64,000 nucleotides of DNA from Eledone cirrhosa. Its lineage: Eukaryota. Of the stretch, positions 25,779 to 37,899 are shown piece by piece. The notes under the pieces are model-generated. The model saw only the letters and a list, made by a program, of their open reading frames with translations, was not told the origin of the DNA and made no database searches. The first letter of the stretch is position 1. The number at the start of each line of letters is the position of its first letter. A program made the translations under genes and the position numbers. The stretch is from the NCBI GenBank assembly GCA_964016885.1, contig OZ024743.1, positions 86,614,001-86,678,000 of the forward strand, given 5' to 3'.

Positions 25779-26038
25779 TGTGGTTAGAAAAAGCTATCTC
25801 ACTTACCGCTTTTCACAGGCGCCGCTGAATTCCACTGCAGGTACTCCTCTTCCACGTGCGTCCGACTGCTTAACACCGGGAGCTGCCCAAAACGCGTCCT
25901 CACCGTATGCTGGTCACCACTAGAGAGAGGCGCTCTCCTGGCCCTTCCGGTCGAGCATCCTTCCGGTCAAAGACCCCTTCCGGTCGAGCACTCCCCCCCC
26001 CCCCGCCCCCGTCCACCGCACGCCACACCATACCCACA
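25779..26038 (-). repeat. 5' LTR
   Basis: Direct repeat of 21831-22103. Confidence 0.92.
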
Positions 26039-26451
26039 CAAAGCATACTGCAAAGCTAACACAATCTTGGTTAAGTACGAATGGAATAAATGTTCTAAAA
26101 TGGCCAAGTCAGTCTCCAGATCTTAACCCGATCGAAAATTTGTGGAGAGAACTGAAACTCAGAATTCAAAAAAGGAAACCCCAAAATATCCCTGAACTAA
26201 AGAAAATTTGTTGTGAAGAATAGAAAAATATTAGCCAAGAAACATGCAAGAAGTTTGTAGGAGGCTACTCCAAACGCCCTACAGGCTATAATTAGCAACA
26301 AAGGTTACGCTACGAAATATTAAGAGATGATTTAATAAATGTGTTGTAAACTTTTGCGTTATAAAAATATTGATTTTTCTTAATGAGTTATTTCCTTGTT
26401 ATTTTTTTAAAAATATGATTGTATCATTAAATGCCTCATTATATGTTCTAT

Positions 26452-27817
26452 CTAAGACTAAAGTTCTAGTTTGTAGGAAAGAAAATAAGGCGGCGGTCCC
26501 ATCGGGGAAATGGCCATGCTCAGTGTGTAGGAAAGGCGTAGGTAGAAACTCCATTTTATGTCCCAAATGCAAAGTATGGGTGCATAAAAGATGTAGTGGG
26601 ATCACAGGTAAGCTAACTAAGAACATAGATTTTACATGTGGCCGGTGCTCTGGTGCAATAAGTAGCAGCAAGTGCCCACAAAATACTAGCTCCTTCAACT
26701 GCGCAGAGGGTTCTATAGAAATAGAAATAGTGGACAGCTTCCGTTATCTGGGTGACAAAATCAGCAGTGGGGGAGGGTGCTCTGAAAGTACAGTAGCTAG
26801 AGTCAGAACTGGATGGAAAAAGTTCAGAGAGCTTATACCACTATTAGCCGCTAGAGGGTTCTCCCTAAAAATGAAAGGCAGGTTATACGATGCCTGCATA
26901 CGAACAGCAATGCTGCATGGCAGTGAGACCTGGGCATTGTGTGCAGAGGATATACGCAGACTAGAGAGGAACGAAGCTTGCATGCTCCGCTGGATGTGCA
27001 ATAGTAATATACGTGAACGGCAAAGCATAAACGAACTAAGGAAAAAATTAGAAATAAGAGGGATCAGATGTTGTTTACTCGAGAGAAGGCTACGTTGGTA
27101 CGGTCACGTGATGCGCATGAAAGACGACAGCTGTATAACAAAGTGCAGGGCAATAAAGATAGACGGTAGCCACGGAGTAGGCAGACCCAGAAAAACATGG
27201 GACGAGCTGATAAATTCCGACCTCACACGCTTACACCTCTCCAAGACAATGTCACTGGACCGAGACCTTTGGCGGTACTCAGTAATAGAGAAGACCCGCC
27301 TTACCTAAATACAAAGTAAAAACCTACTACAGTCAGTAGGCATCTCTATCAAAACACACCCCCGTCCCACCACCTCCACCCCACCCACACCGCCCCTTTC
27401 AATGTAAAGTTATGTTGGTCCCACAACATCCAGGCCGAAACAAATGAGATCGTGTAGGTGTCACGACAAAAAACACACAGTCCACGCTGTAAATGTGGCC
27501 GTGTAGGCAACACGGTAAAAACCTCCCAGCCCCACACTGTAAATGTGGTTGGTGTTAGGAAGGGCATCCAGCTGTAGAAAACCCGCCAGACAGTCCACGC
27601 TGTAATGTGGCCGTGTAGGCAACACGGTAAAAACCTCCCAGCCCCACACTGTAAATGTGGTTGGTGTTAGGAAGGGCATCCAACTGTAGAAAACCCGCCA
27701 GACAGTCCTATGCGAGCAAGACAACCACTCTTGCCTCAAGTGGGAAAACCCCCGTCCAAACCCATGCAAGCGTGGAACACGGACGCTAAACCTGATGATG
27801 ATGATGATGATGATGAT
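26452..27817 (+). mobile_element. 5'-truncated RTE family A inserted in the right Tc1 TIR; ~120-bp duplication in its 3' UTR
   Basis: KTKVL-PHD-thumb ORF to 27308; TIR resumes after (GAT)n. Confidence 0.93.
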
Positions 27818-29112
27818 CAGTAGTTAAATTTTCATTACCCTAAGTTTATTAAAAATACCTAAACCCACACTTTTCCTAATGTGTTGTAAACTTTTGCAGG
27901 GCACTGTATATATACACACATGTATACATAGATTTACACATGTACACACACATATATACATATACCTACATAATATACAATGTATGCTCCCACACATGCC
28001 CAAACACATATATATATAGGGGTATGAGCCATGGAGGGCAGTGCTGGTACCCTGATAAAATACATCCAGTTTGTTCTGTAAAGTGTTAGTGCTGGTATCA
28101 CAATAAAATATACCTCAATCCATTAGTAGAGAAAGTACATATTTATTTCATATAGAAATGTCTTCTACAGGACTAGAACTGTTTCATTTGTTTGAAATCA
28201 TCAGGACTTTCCTGATGATTTCAAATGAATAAAATACTTCTAGTCCTATAAAAGTCATTCTATTAATGGGTATACATATTTTTATTTTCTTATACCTTAC
28301 AGAATTAAATCCTCTAATGAGAAGTCCATTCTGTTAACAATGACCATATAAATCTGTTGAAGGGCTTTATGTTATTATTTTGGACTTCGAAACTGTAGTA
28401 AGGATAACATTTGTTATCCCCAGGGAAAATGCCTCTACATGGAAAATACCCCTCAGTGATTTTGTATAAAATGTTCTATATATATATATCGTCTAACTCA
28501 TGCTAGCATGGAAGATGGACGTTAAACGATGATGATGATGATATATATATATACATATATATACACACACGCACACACATATATATATACATACACACAT
28601 ATATATATATATTAGGTATAAACCAAAGTTGTAGCTGCAATATAGCAGGTACTATTCGAGTTGTTTGAGGCAATCACAAAGCACTCAATGGAGTGAGAAG
28701 TTAATACATTATCATCGTGAGTAAACAACAGTTCAAAAGTGTGACACCAAAGAAAACCACCAGGGGCTATACATATTCCACCACAATGATAAATATATAG
28801 GTGCATAGCTTAGTGGATAGAGTTTGGGGCTTACATACGTATGGTTTGGAGTTTGAGAGATGCTGCAGATCTAATTATATTCTATACATCTTACTATCAC
28901 CCTCTATGTTACTCCGGACCACTTTTCATTGATATCCAACACTTGCTCTCTGTCTCACCTGTAAACATGTAGTAAACATGTAGCTGTCATTGCTCCCCTT
29001 AGCACTATCTTTCCCATTACTCTTCATACTCTCACTCCCTTCTCTCATTTGCTTTGTTTTGGTTCCAGGAGTTGTAGGGACACCACAATATCATACAGCG
29101 TTTCTTGGACAT

Positions 29113-29372
29113 TTTAAACCTGGTGCTGCCCATCTCTTCTCCAAGTGAATACAGCAGATTTCTTCCAGAAAAAATAGTAAGCGAGAAAGAGATATAGACG
29201 AAGAATTGACTCCAGTACTAGACTGGTGCTTTTTTTTTTTTTATTGATCTTGAATGGATGAAAGACAAAGTTGACCTTGGGGGGATTTTAACTCAAAGAG
29301 TTAAAGCTGTAACGAAATACCACAAAGCATTCTATCCGACATTCTAATAACTCTGCCAGTTCACTACCTTCC
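29113..29372 (-). mobile_element. Meta-like SINE
   Basis: Reverse complement similar to 6146-6345 and 31335-31597. Confidence 0.5.
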
Positions 29373-29934
29373 CTTCTCTCATTCCTCTCTCCCAATTGCT
29401 CCTCTGTTAATCCCTTACTCCAATTCATTCTATCATACACTGGCCCTAGCTGTCATTGCTCTCTCTCTTATTCATCCTCTTGGTTGCATCTTTTGAAGCA
29501 GCAGAGATAGCATAGTGTGGTGAGCATCCTTTAACCCTTTAACATTTAAACCAGCCATATCCGGTCAGAATTCTTTCTCATCTTTCTGTTTGAACTGGCT
29601 GCAACCAGTCTCTCATACTGATGTTAAGGTATTGTTCTCAAAATAAAGAACATCAAAATCTCATAGATTCAATATTATGTGAGGTAAAGCCTTTTCTGAG
29701 AAAATACAGTAGTAATGTAAATGCTAAAGGGTTAATCTTGTGATGTCTGAAATCAAACCCATTAATGCTGGTGATGTGACAAAATACATCCAGTAAACTC
29801 TATAAAGTGCTAACAACTAAATAGAGATAATATAGGTTTGAGAGGACCATTTAGTTTTGTAGAAGATACAACAATCTCTCTAGTGTTGGTGCCATGATAA
29901 AATATCCCCCAGTACACTCTGTAAAGTGGTCGCA

Positions 29935-30600
29935 CATTAGTGATGGGCTGTGACTCATGTCAAATTTTTGGTATCCTATCAAAGAATAAGTGGTACATTT
30001 GTGGAGCAAAATTGCATTAGTGGTGGGCCGTGACCTGTGTCAATTTTTTGGTACCTCACCAAAGAAAATGTGGTATATTTGGAAGGATTTGGTTTGAAAG
30101 TCAGTCTCTTCTGCAAAGGCAATAAAGAAGGAGTAAATGAGAAAAAGGGGTGACAGAGTTGGTGTGAGTAGTGTGGGAAGAGATGGAGGAATCTGAATAG
30201 GAGTGGGATGTAGTGAATTGGGGGTGTGGAGGAGAGTTTTGTAATAAATGGTGGGAGTTAACTGGGATGGGGTAGGGTTCAATGTGCAACAGAAATATCT
30301 AAGAAATCAATCAAGGTTTCTGTGATGTTCAAAGTGTATATAGGAGAATGAACTGGTCACTGGTGAGCGAGGTGGTGCTGATACATTTGTCGATATAACT
30401 GGGTGGAGGCTGTGTGTGGTGTGGGGCCAGTGTATTGGGTGAAAATTCTAGCCTCAAGGTAGCCAGCCAACAAACATGTTGGGAGTAATTGAGGTTAATT
30501 CTGGTGCCATTGCCAACCTGATGGAATAACTCTATGGAGAAGGAGAACCATTTAAAAGGTGAGATGTTTGGTGAAGTGTAGAGATTCTAAGTCAGCTTGC
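29935..30600 (-). mobile_element. Penelope-like element remnant (RT fragment plus ~80-bp tandem terminal repeat)
   Basis: Degenerate minus-strand translation AM(G)TR..NMFVG..YLEARIFTQYTGPTP..YID..LIDFLDISV resembles PLE RT. Confidence 0.5.
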
Positions 30601-30921
30601 CATCTTTCGTTGTTTAGGTATCTGGAAAAGAAAAAAAGATAATGGTAAGAAAAATATTTGATGCAAATTTGAGAAGATATATATCGGGGTAGTGGTAATG
30701 ATGGGTATATATATATATGGGCCAAGTAGGATGTAGCTTAGGTCCACATAGTCCAAAAGGCCCTACCCTGTTATATATATATATATATTAGAATATAGGG
30801 TGGCGGGTGTTGCGTTTAACAACAGACTAGAGCTCAACACCTGGGGGCTAACATTGATAGACCTACTACCACATTTCATTCCACTTCAAAAATAGATACA
30901 ACCATAGCTTAGATTATACCA

Positions 30922-31165
30922 TTGCATGGCTTAGTGGTTAGAGCATTGGGCTTGCAGCCAGGAGGTTGTGAGTTTGATTCTCCAACCAACAGATGCATTG
31001 TGTCCTTGAGCAAGACACTTTATTTTGTGTTGCTCCAGTTTACTCAGCTGTAGAAATGAGTTGCGAAGTCACTGGTGCCAAGCTGATCGGCCATTGCCGA
31101 TGTGGGGAGGCTGGTATGCATGGGTGACTGTTGGTCTTCCACAAACAACCTTGACCAGACCTCAA
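30922..31165 (+). mobile_element. tRNA-headed CORE-SINE
   Basis: A-box tggcttagtgg, B-box-like gagtttgatt, CORE-like gtgtccttgagcaagacacttt. Confidence 0.7.
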
Positions 31166-31334
31166 ATTAAAAAATGGTAGCTTAAGAGTGACATAAAATA
31201 TCCTGCTCTGAATTAGCTTCCTCAATCATTCTTTTGATGATGGGATTTTATCCTGAAAGGTACATACATACATGGTCCCATAACTTCTGTGGGGTTGTAG
31301 GGGCCCCATATTGACATACAATGTTTCTAGGGTA

Positions 31335-31597
31335 TTTTTAAACCTGGCGGAGCCCATCTCTTCTCCAGGTTTGAATACAGCAGATTTCTTCCAGAGAAGA
31401 ATGGAAATGAGAAAAAGATATAGAGGAATAAGCAACCCTAGTCCTACACTGGTACTTTTGTTTTTATCGACCTTGAAAGGATGAAAGGCAAAGTTGACCC
31501 TCGGCAGGATTTGAACTCAGAGAGCAGAGAGCTGGAACAAATATCACAAAGCATTCTATCTGATGTTATAACAACTCTGCCAATTTGCTGCCTTCAT
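31335..31597 (-). mobile_element. Meta-like SINE
   Basis: gagttcaaatcctgccgagggtcaactttgcctttcatcctttcaaggtcgataaa on minus strand. Confidence 0.6.
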
Positions 31598-31882
31598 CCT
31601 GAAATGTAAAGACCAATAAACAACTGAAAAGTAACATCCCAACATCTTTGTTATTATATTTTTAACATTTAATGTCCCATTTTCATTGTAGTATCTTTCT
31701 TATAAAATGTAGTTATGAAACCCAACATTTTAGTGAAAACGTAAAATAATCTAATTGTTATTAAAGATATTTCTTTTTCTCTGGATGTCACCTCTGTTTT
31801 AGATGGTTACATGGTTTGATACCAGAATCTCAGTATTATTCAATGTAACTTTAATTTTCATTATTTTTAATTTTTATTTTAG

Positions 31883-32100
31883 GGTGGTGGATTGGAAGAA
31901 TTGGCGGAGCGTTTGTTAAAATGTCATTGTAATATTTGTTCTAGCTCATTCTGAGTTCAAATCCTGCTGAGGTCACCTTCGATTTTCATCCTTCCAGCAT
32001 CGATAAAATGAAGTACCAGTCAAATACTGGGGTGAATATATTTGACTTTCCCCATCCCCCAAATTGTTGGCCTTGTGCCAATGTTAGAAAGAATTATTAT
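31883..32100 (+). mobile_element. Meta-like SINE
   Basis: gagttcaaatcctgctgaggtcacc...catccttcc...gataaaatgaagtaccagt. Confidence 0.6.
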
Positions 32101-32265
32101 TTGCTATCATAAATAATATGCAAGGATCCCTATTAAATTTTCAGCGAGGTACTGCACCCAAGCTTAAGTTGGCCAAGATTTATCAGATGTACAGTTCACT
32201 AGATCAATACAAAATCTATCAGATGAGCAGCTTACTCATTCACTCACTCTCTCTCTTTCTCTCTC

Positions 32266-32357
<92 letters not shown>

Positions 32358-32450
32358 ACGTATCTGTATTACAGCCAGATACATACTTTTTCTGAGCCTA
32401 ACCGTTTGCAGTGATACAATGTTCTTGTTCTAAACCAGATACACACAGAC

Positions 32451-32495
<45 letters not shown>

Positions 32496-32744
32496 CATCA
32501 TTATCATCATCACTGTTAAATGTTTATTTTTCTACACCGATTGTGTTGTTATTTCTGTTTACCTTTTACACACACATATATATATATATAATCCGTCTAA
32601 ACCCATGCTAGCGTGGAAGATAGACGTTAAACGATGATGATGATATATATATATCGGTTCTGTGTGAGCATGACATGGTTACCTGACCTGGCATTGCTCA
32701 CAATAGGATAACTCATCTAACCCATGCCACCGAGAGAGAGGGAT

Positions 32745-33100
32745 ATCATCATCATCATCATTTTACGCCCGCCTTTCCTTGCTTGCAAGGGTGGGGCGGG
32801 TCTTATTCAGCACAGCATCTCTCCACTCATCACAGTCCTTCGTCATCTCCACTGTGAGCTTCAGCGATCTGAGGTCTGTTCTCACCACCTCCGCCCATGT
32901 TTTTCGTGGTCTACCTCTACCACGTCTTCCTTCAACTGGCATTTCCTGGCACTTCTTTACCCATCGGTCATCCTCCATGCGCATCACATGTCCATACCAC
33001 CTCAGTCTCCTCTCCTGTACACTACATTCTATCCCTCTCAGACACAGTTTCTCTCTAAACACATTCATGCTGGGTCGTTCACGCACATTGACATTGCACA
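32745..33100 (-). mobile_element. RTE family B 3' fragment
   Basis: ORF 32763-33101 matches the C-terminus of 53884-56952. Confidence 0.9.
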
Positions 33101-33307
33101 TCTATCTATATATATATATATATATACACATATATACACATGAGTGTTTTTACATCTATTGGAAACCTATAACCAAAGATGCTTTAATTCACAAATAGGC
33201 AATATAAAGAAGAAAGAACAATATATTTAGACTACTTAACTTTATATTGATGCACTTTGGGAGAGGCATGAACACTAAATTCCCTAGTATACATATTTTA
33301 AAATGTA

Positions 33308-33508
33308 TAGGCAACACGGTAAAAACCTCCCAGCCCCACACTGTAAATGTGGTTGGTGTTAGGAAGGGCATCCAACTGTAGAAAACCCGCCAGACAGTCC
33401 TATGCGAGCAAGACAACCACTCTTGCCTCAAGTGGGAAAACCCCCGTCCAAACCCATGCAAGCGTGGAACACGGACGCTAAACCTGATGATGATGATGAT
33501 GATGATGA
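33308..33508 (+). mobile_element. RTE family A 3' UTR fragment with tail
   Basis: Matches ~27615-27817. Confidence 0.85.
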
Positions 33509-34074
33509 CACTTTTGTTGTAGTTTAAATACATCCTTCATGTTTGTAAGGATGGCACATATGAAAGGCAAATCAACTGCCCCCCCCTCCCTCTGGTCCTG
33601 TATATATATATTTGTCTTTGTTGATATCATTAGCTTACTCACAGAACATTGTCTAATCATCAAACATTAATGTTTCTTTTTATTATTTATCTTACATCAT
33701 GCATGTGAGGGGTGTTGCATGGCTGAATGGTTAGGATGTTCACTTTGTAATTGTTAGGTTCCTGGTTCAATCCTACTGTGTGGTATAATGAACAACAGAA
33801 CCATTGTTTGAGCTATAATGTCCTTTAGTTAATTACAGCTACTCTCAGGTCTTAAATAATTAATTTTTCAGATTTTTCTAAAACCCCTGCTTTTAATCCA
33901 ACCACTCCGCTTATTAAATTTTGCTAATCTATCTCCGGTGAAATGTTATTGTGATTTATATTGATACAACAGCTGGAGAATCTAATAATAATTTTATACA
34001 TTAAAAAACATTGTATATAACAAAAAGAACATTACAAGAAATCCCATATTTATGAATGTACACTATACAATTAG

Positions 34075-34310
34075 TGACCCCCGCCCTTATAAGAATTCAA
34101 GTAAATGTCCACCCCATAACATTCAAAAAATCTTTGGACAAATTCCTCCAAGAAATCCTGGATAAACCTCCTACACCTGGATATGTCTCCTTAAACAATA
34201 ACTTTCTACTTGAGTGGACCGTGGTGTCCAAATCCTGATTTGAAAGACTTCGCAAGGTGGTGCTATTAAGTTAGATATGGCCGAAACCTATCAAAGTTAT
34301 CAAAGTTATA
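34075..34310 (+). mobile_element. CR1-group LINE 3' end
   Basis: FKKSLDKFLQEILDKPPTPGYV...NNFLLEW C-terminal motif; short tandem tail TATCAAAGT x2. Confidence 0.55.
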
Positions 34311-34409
34311 TACATATATATATTATATATACATATATATATTATATATACATATATATTATATATACATATATATTATATATACATATATATCATATAC
34401 ATACCTTTC

Positions 34410-36657
34410 ACTAAAATACAAATTGAGGAAAGCCCTTCAAGATGTGTATGACTAAAAAGAAGACGATTTAGAGTCGTATGACATAGATAATAACTGGAAT
34501 TTCTTACGTGACAACTTACTGCAGGCTTCTGATGAAACTTGTGGCTGGAGCAGAGCTCCAACCAGACAGAGAGTGACCTGGTGGTGGAACAGCACAGTAG
34601 ATAGGGCCATTAGAGACAAAAGACTAGCATGGAAAGCTTGGAAAAATGGTGGGAGTAGAGAAGGAAATACAGCCGTTAAGAGAGAAGCTAGACGTCAGGT
34701 GTACTTAGCGCGCAGGGAGGCTGAGAGTAGGAGGTTTGCCAATGTTCTGCGATGGGAAGATCAGAGGCGTGCGGTGTTCCACATTGCAAGGAAATGTGTC
34801 AATGCAAATCAGGATATTGTTGGAGATAAATGTGTCCAGAATGATGCCGGTGTACTTAGTGTCACGAATGATCAGAAAAAGGAGGCCTGGAAATGTCATT
34901 ATGAGAGACTGATGAATGTGGAGAATGAATGGGAGAGAGAGAAATTACCCTCTGTAGATCCGACAGAGGGACCAGCTATTGAGATTGATGACTATAGGGT
35001 CCAAGAAGCGATTAAGGAAATGAAAAATGGTAAGGCTGCTGGACCATCGGTGATAGTTGCTGAGATGCTGAAGGCATCAGGGGACGTAGGCACTAAACTG
35101 GTTGCACGCATCATCAATCAGGCTATATATGGTGGTATCATACCCAAAGACTGGTGCAGCGGTATTCTCATAAATTACTACAAAGGTAAAGGGGATGCTC
35201 TAGAGAGGAGCAATTATAGGGGTATAAAACTGATGTGAAAGTGGCAGAAAGGATTTTAGCACAACTAATTAGAGAAAGGGTCAAACTAGATGAGATGCAG
35301 TTTGGTTTTTTGCCTGGGAAAAGTACAACAGATGCCCTCTTCTTGGTGAGACAATTACAAGAGAGGTTCTTTGAGAAGAATAAGCCACTATACTTAGCCT
35401 TTGTTGACCTAGAGAAGGCCTTTGATAGGGTACCCCGATCTGTCATCTGGTGGTCCCTAAGGAAACTAGGTGTTGAGGAATGGCTTGTGAGTACAGTGCA
35501 AACTTTGTACAGAGGTACTGTCAGTAAAGTCAGGGTAGGAATGGAGTTTAGTGAGGAATTCCAGATACAGGTAGGAGTACATCAGGGTTCGGTCCTCAGT
35601 CCGCTCTTGTTCATTATAGTCCTCCAAGCCATAACAGAAGAGTTTAAGACTGGCTGTCCATGGGAACTTCTCTATGCTGACGATCTGGTTCTTATAGCAG
35701 AATCAGTAGAGGAGCTAGAGAATAAATTCTGGCTATGGAAACAGCAGTTGGAAGCAAGAGGACTGAGCGTGAACCTAGCTAAGACAAAAGTGTTGATGAG
35801 TAGAAAAGAGGACAAAACTCTGATTCTATCAGGGAAATGGCCATGTTCGATATGCAGAAAAGGAACTGGCATAAATTCTATAAAATGCACACAATGCAGA
35901 TCCTGGGTACACAAGAGATGTAGCGGGATAGCAGGCAAACTAACAGGTAAGGAGAAATACGGGGAAATTAGACAGTAGAAGTCGCATTGATAGACACATT
36001 TTTCAAATGCAGGCGAGTGCCATAGAAGTGGGGGATAGCTTCCAGTACCTAGGAGATCAGATTAGCATGGGAGGGGTGTGTTCCGAGGCCATAGTATCTA
36101 GAATAAGGACGGGTTGGAAGAAGTTTAGGGAGCTTTTTCCTCTGCTGACGAAGAAGGGTTTCTCCCTGCGTACGAAAGGCCGTTTATGTGATGCCTGTGT
36201 GAGGAGCGCGATGCTGCATGGTAGTGAGACTTGGGCAGCAACTGCAGTGGATATGCGATAGCTGGAGAGAAATGAGGCAAGCATGCTCTGTTGGATGTGC
36301 AATGTCAATGTGCGTGAACGACCCAGCATGGATGTGTTGAAAGAGAAACTGTGTTTGAGAGGGATATAATGTAGTGTGCAAGAGAGGAGACTGCGATGGT
36401 ATGGACGTGTGATGCGCATGGAGGATGACCGATGGCTGAAGAAGTGCCAGGAAATGCCAGTTGAAGGAAGATGTGGTAGAGGTAGACCCCGAAAAATATG
36501 GGTGGAGGTGATGAGAACAGACCTTAGATCGCTGAAGCTCATGGTGGAGATGACGAAGGACCGTGACAAGTGGAGAGGTGCTGTGCTGAATAAGACCCGT
36601 CCCACCCTTGCAAGCAGGGAAAAGCGGACGTAAAATGATGATGATGATGATGATGAG
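34410..36657 (+). mobile_element. 5'-truncated degenerate RTE family B
   Basis: ORF pieces 34573-36633 colinear with 53884-56952; (GAT)n tail. Confidence 0.92.
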
Positions 36658-36675
36658 GATATATATTATACATGA

Positions 36676-37020
36676 AGGTGTATGGCTTAATGGTTAGAGC
36701 ATTGGGTTTGCAATCATGAGGTTGTCAGTTTGATTCTCAGACTGGGTTATGTGTTGTGTCCTTGAGCAAAACACTTTATTTCACGTTGCTCCAGTTCACT
36801 CAGCTATAGAAATGAGTTGCGTCGTCGCTGGTGCCAAGCTGTATCGGCCATAGCCTTTCCCTTGGATAACATAGGTGGCATGGAGAGGGGAGACTGGTAT
36901 ACATGGGAGACTGCTGGTCTTCCACAAACAACCTTGCCCAGACGTGCGCCTCACAGGAGAGCTTTCTAGGAGCAAATCCCATGGTCATTTGTGACTGAAG
37001 AGGGTCTTTAAAAAAAAAAA
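36676..37020 (+). mobile_element. Full-length tRNA-headed CORE-SINE with A-rich end
   Basis: A/B boxes, CORE-like segment, body shared with 30922 and 44225. Confidence 0.75.
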
Positions 37021-37752
37021 TATATTATATATGTGTGTGTGTGTGTGTGTGTGCGTGTGTGTTGCAGTCCACAATGTAAATATGGTTGGTGTTAGGAAGG
37101 GAACCCAAGCCAAAATCAGCCCAGTGGGAGCAAGACATAGTCATCTGATCTGGCTTGTCTCACATCTGGACATCTCGTCTAACCCATGCTAGCATGGAAA
37201 AATGTATGTTAAATGGTGATGATAATGATGATGAGGCTATGTTAGAAGACATTTCCCCCAAGGAGCCATGCTGTGAATTTGAACATAAAACTATGCGGTT
37301 GTGAAGCAAAATTCTTAACCACAAAGTTATGGCCTTGAACCAAATGAAAATCAAAACTATTATAGGGATATGTCCCCCCCCACCCCCCACCCTCATGCCC
37401 AGGATTTGGTTCTCCAAGTGGGATTAGGGTAGATGGGGGCTTTAGAGCATTTTAAGTGGTTACTTGAATTTAAGGACTGTATTTCAGGACATTTTTTTTA
37501 TAAACTCTATTTACTAAATCTTTGCAATGGACTGGCGTCCTGTCCAGGGGAAAGTCTTGTACTCTCAGTCATCTCATGCCACGAAACCAGGATAAGCACC
37601 AGCCTAACGAGTCTCCTGGCTTCAGACGGACTTTGAATTTACTAAATCTGAGAGTGCACCCTTGAAAATTTTAGAGGGGTGGCTCCATTCAATGTCCCTC
37701 TTCCCTATTCAGTTTTAAAATGTTTGAGAAAAATAATATATCTTCAACTTAC

Positions 37753-37899
37753 AGAAAATGTTCGATTGAAGTCGAAAATTCCAATGTTTCGTTCTTCATT
37801 GTTGCTGCTGCAGTTCTTTTCAACCAGCCCCGAGTCACGTACCAAAGGAAACCGGGATATCTTTTGGTTAACTTTCTCTTTAAGGCGCTTAGTTGACAT
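37753..37899 (-). CDS. Possible host first coding exon (MSTKRLKEKV...FNRTFS, 49 aa)
   Basis: ATG-initiated open frame in unique sequence ending at a phase-0 GTAAGT donor; no recognisable homology. Confidence 0.3.

Larger units (their letters stand above)
21831..26038 (-). mobile_element. Complete Gypsy-like LTR retrotransposon (4208 bp), 5-bp TSD CAAAG
   Basis: LTRs TGTGG...CCACA; TSD at 21826-21830 and 26039-26043; order gag-PR-RT-RNase H-IN. Confidence 0.95.
21140..26323 (+). pseudogene. Tc1 transposase pseudogene (pieces 21140-21830 and 26044-26323)
   Basis: MGKNKLIDQDLRKRIV..., [29 protein letters not shown]|HTAK...[21 protein letters not shown]; several stops. Confidence 0.88.
20764..27906 (+). 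mobile_element. Tc1-family (DD34E) transposon with ~200-bp IR-DR type TIRs, interrupted by an LTR element and an RTE
   Basis: TA|CAGTGCCC...GGGCACTG|TA; GCAAAAGTTTACAACACATT repeated twice per TIR. Confidence 0.93.

Noticed and set aside
26370-27308. ORF fusing Tc1 TIR sequence to the RTE PHD-thumb region
   Set aside because: Chance in-frame junction of a young insertion; no sign of selection or a promoter
36676-36750. tRNA-like sequences
   Set aside because: Degenerate SINE heads continuing into CORE bodies; no intact cloverleaf
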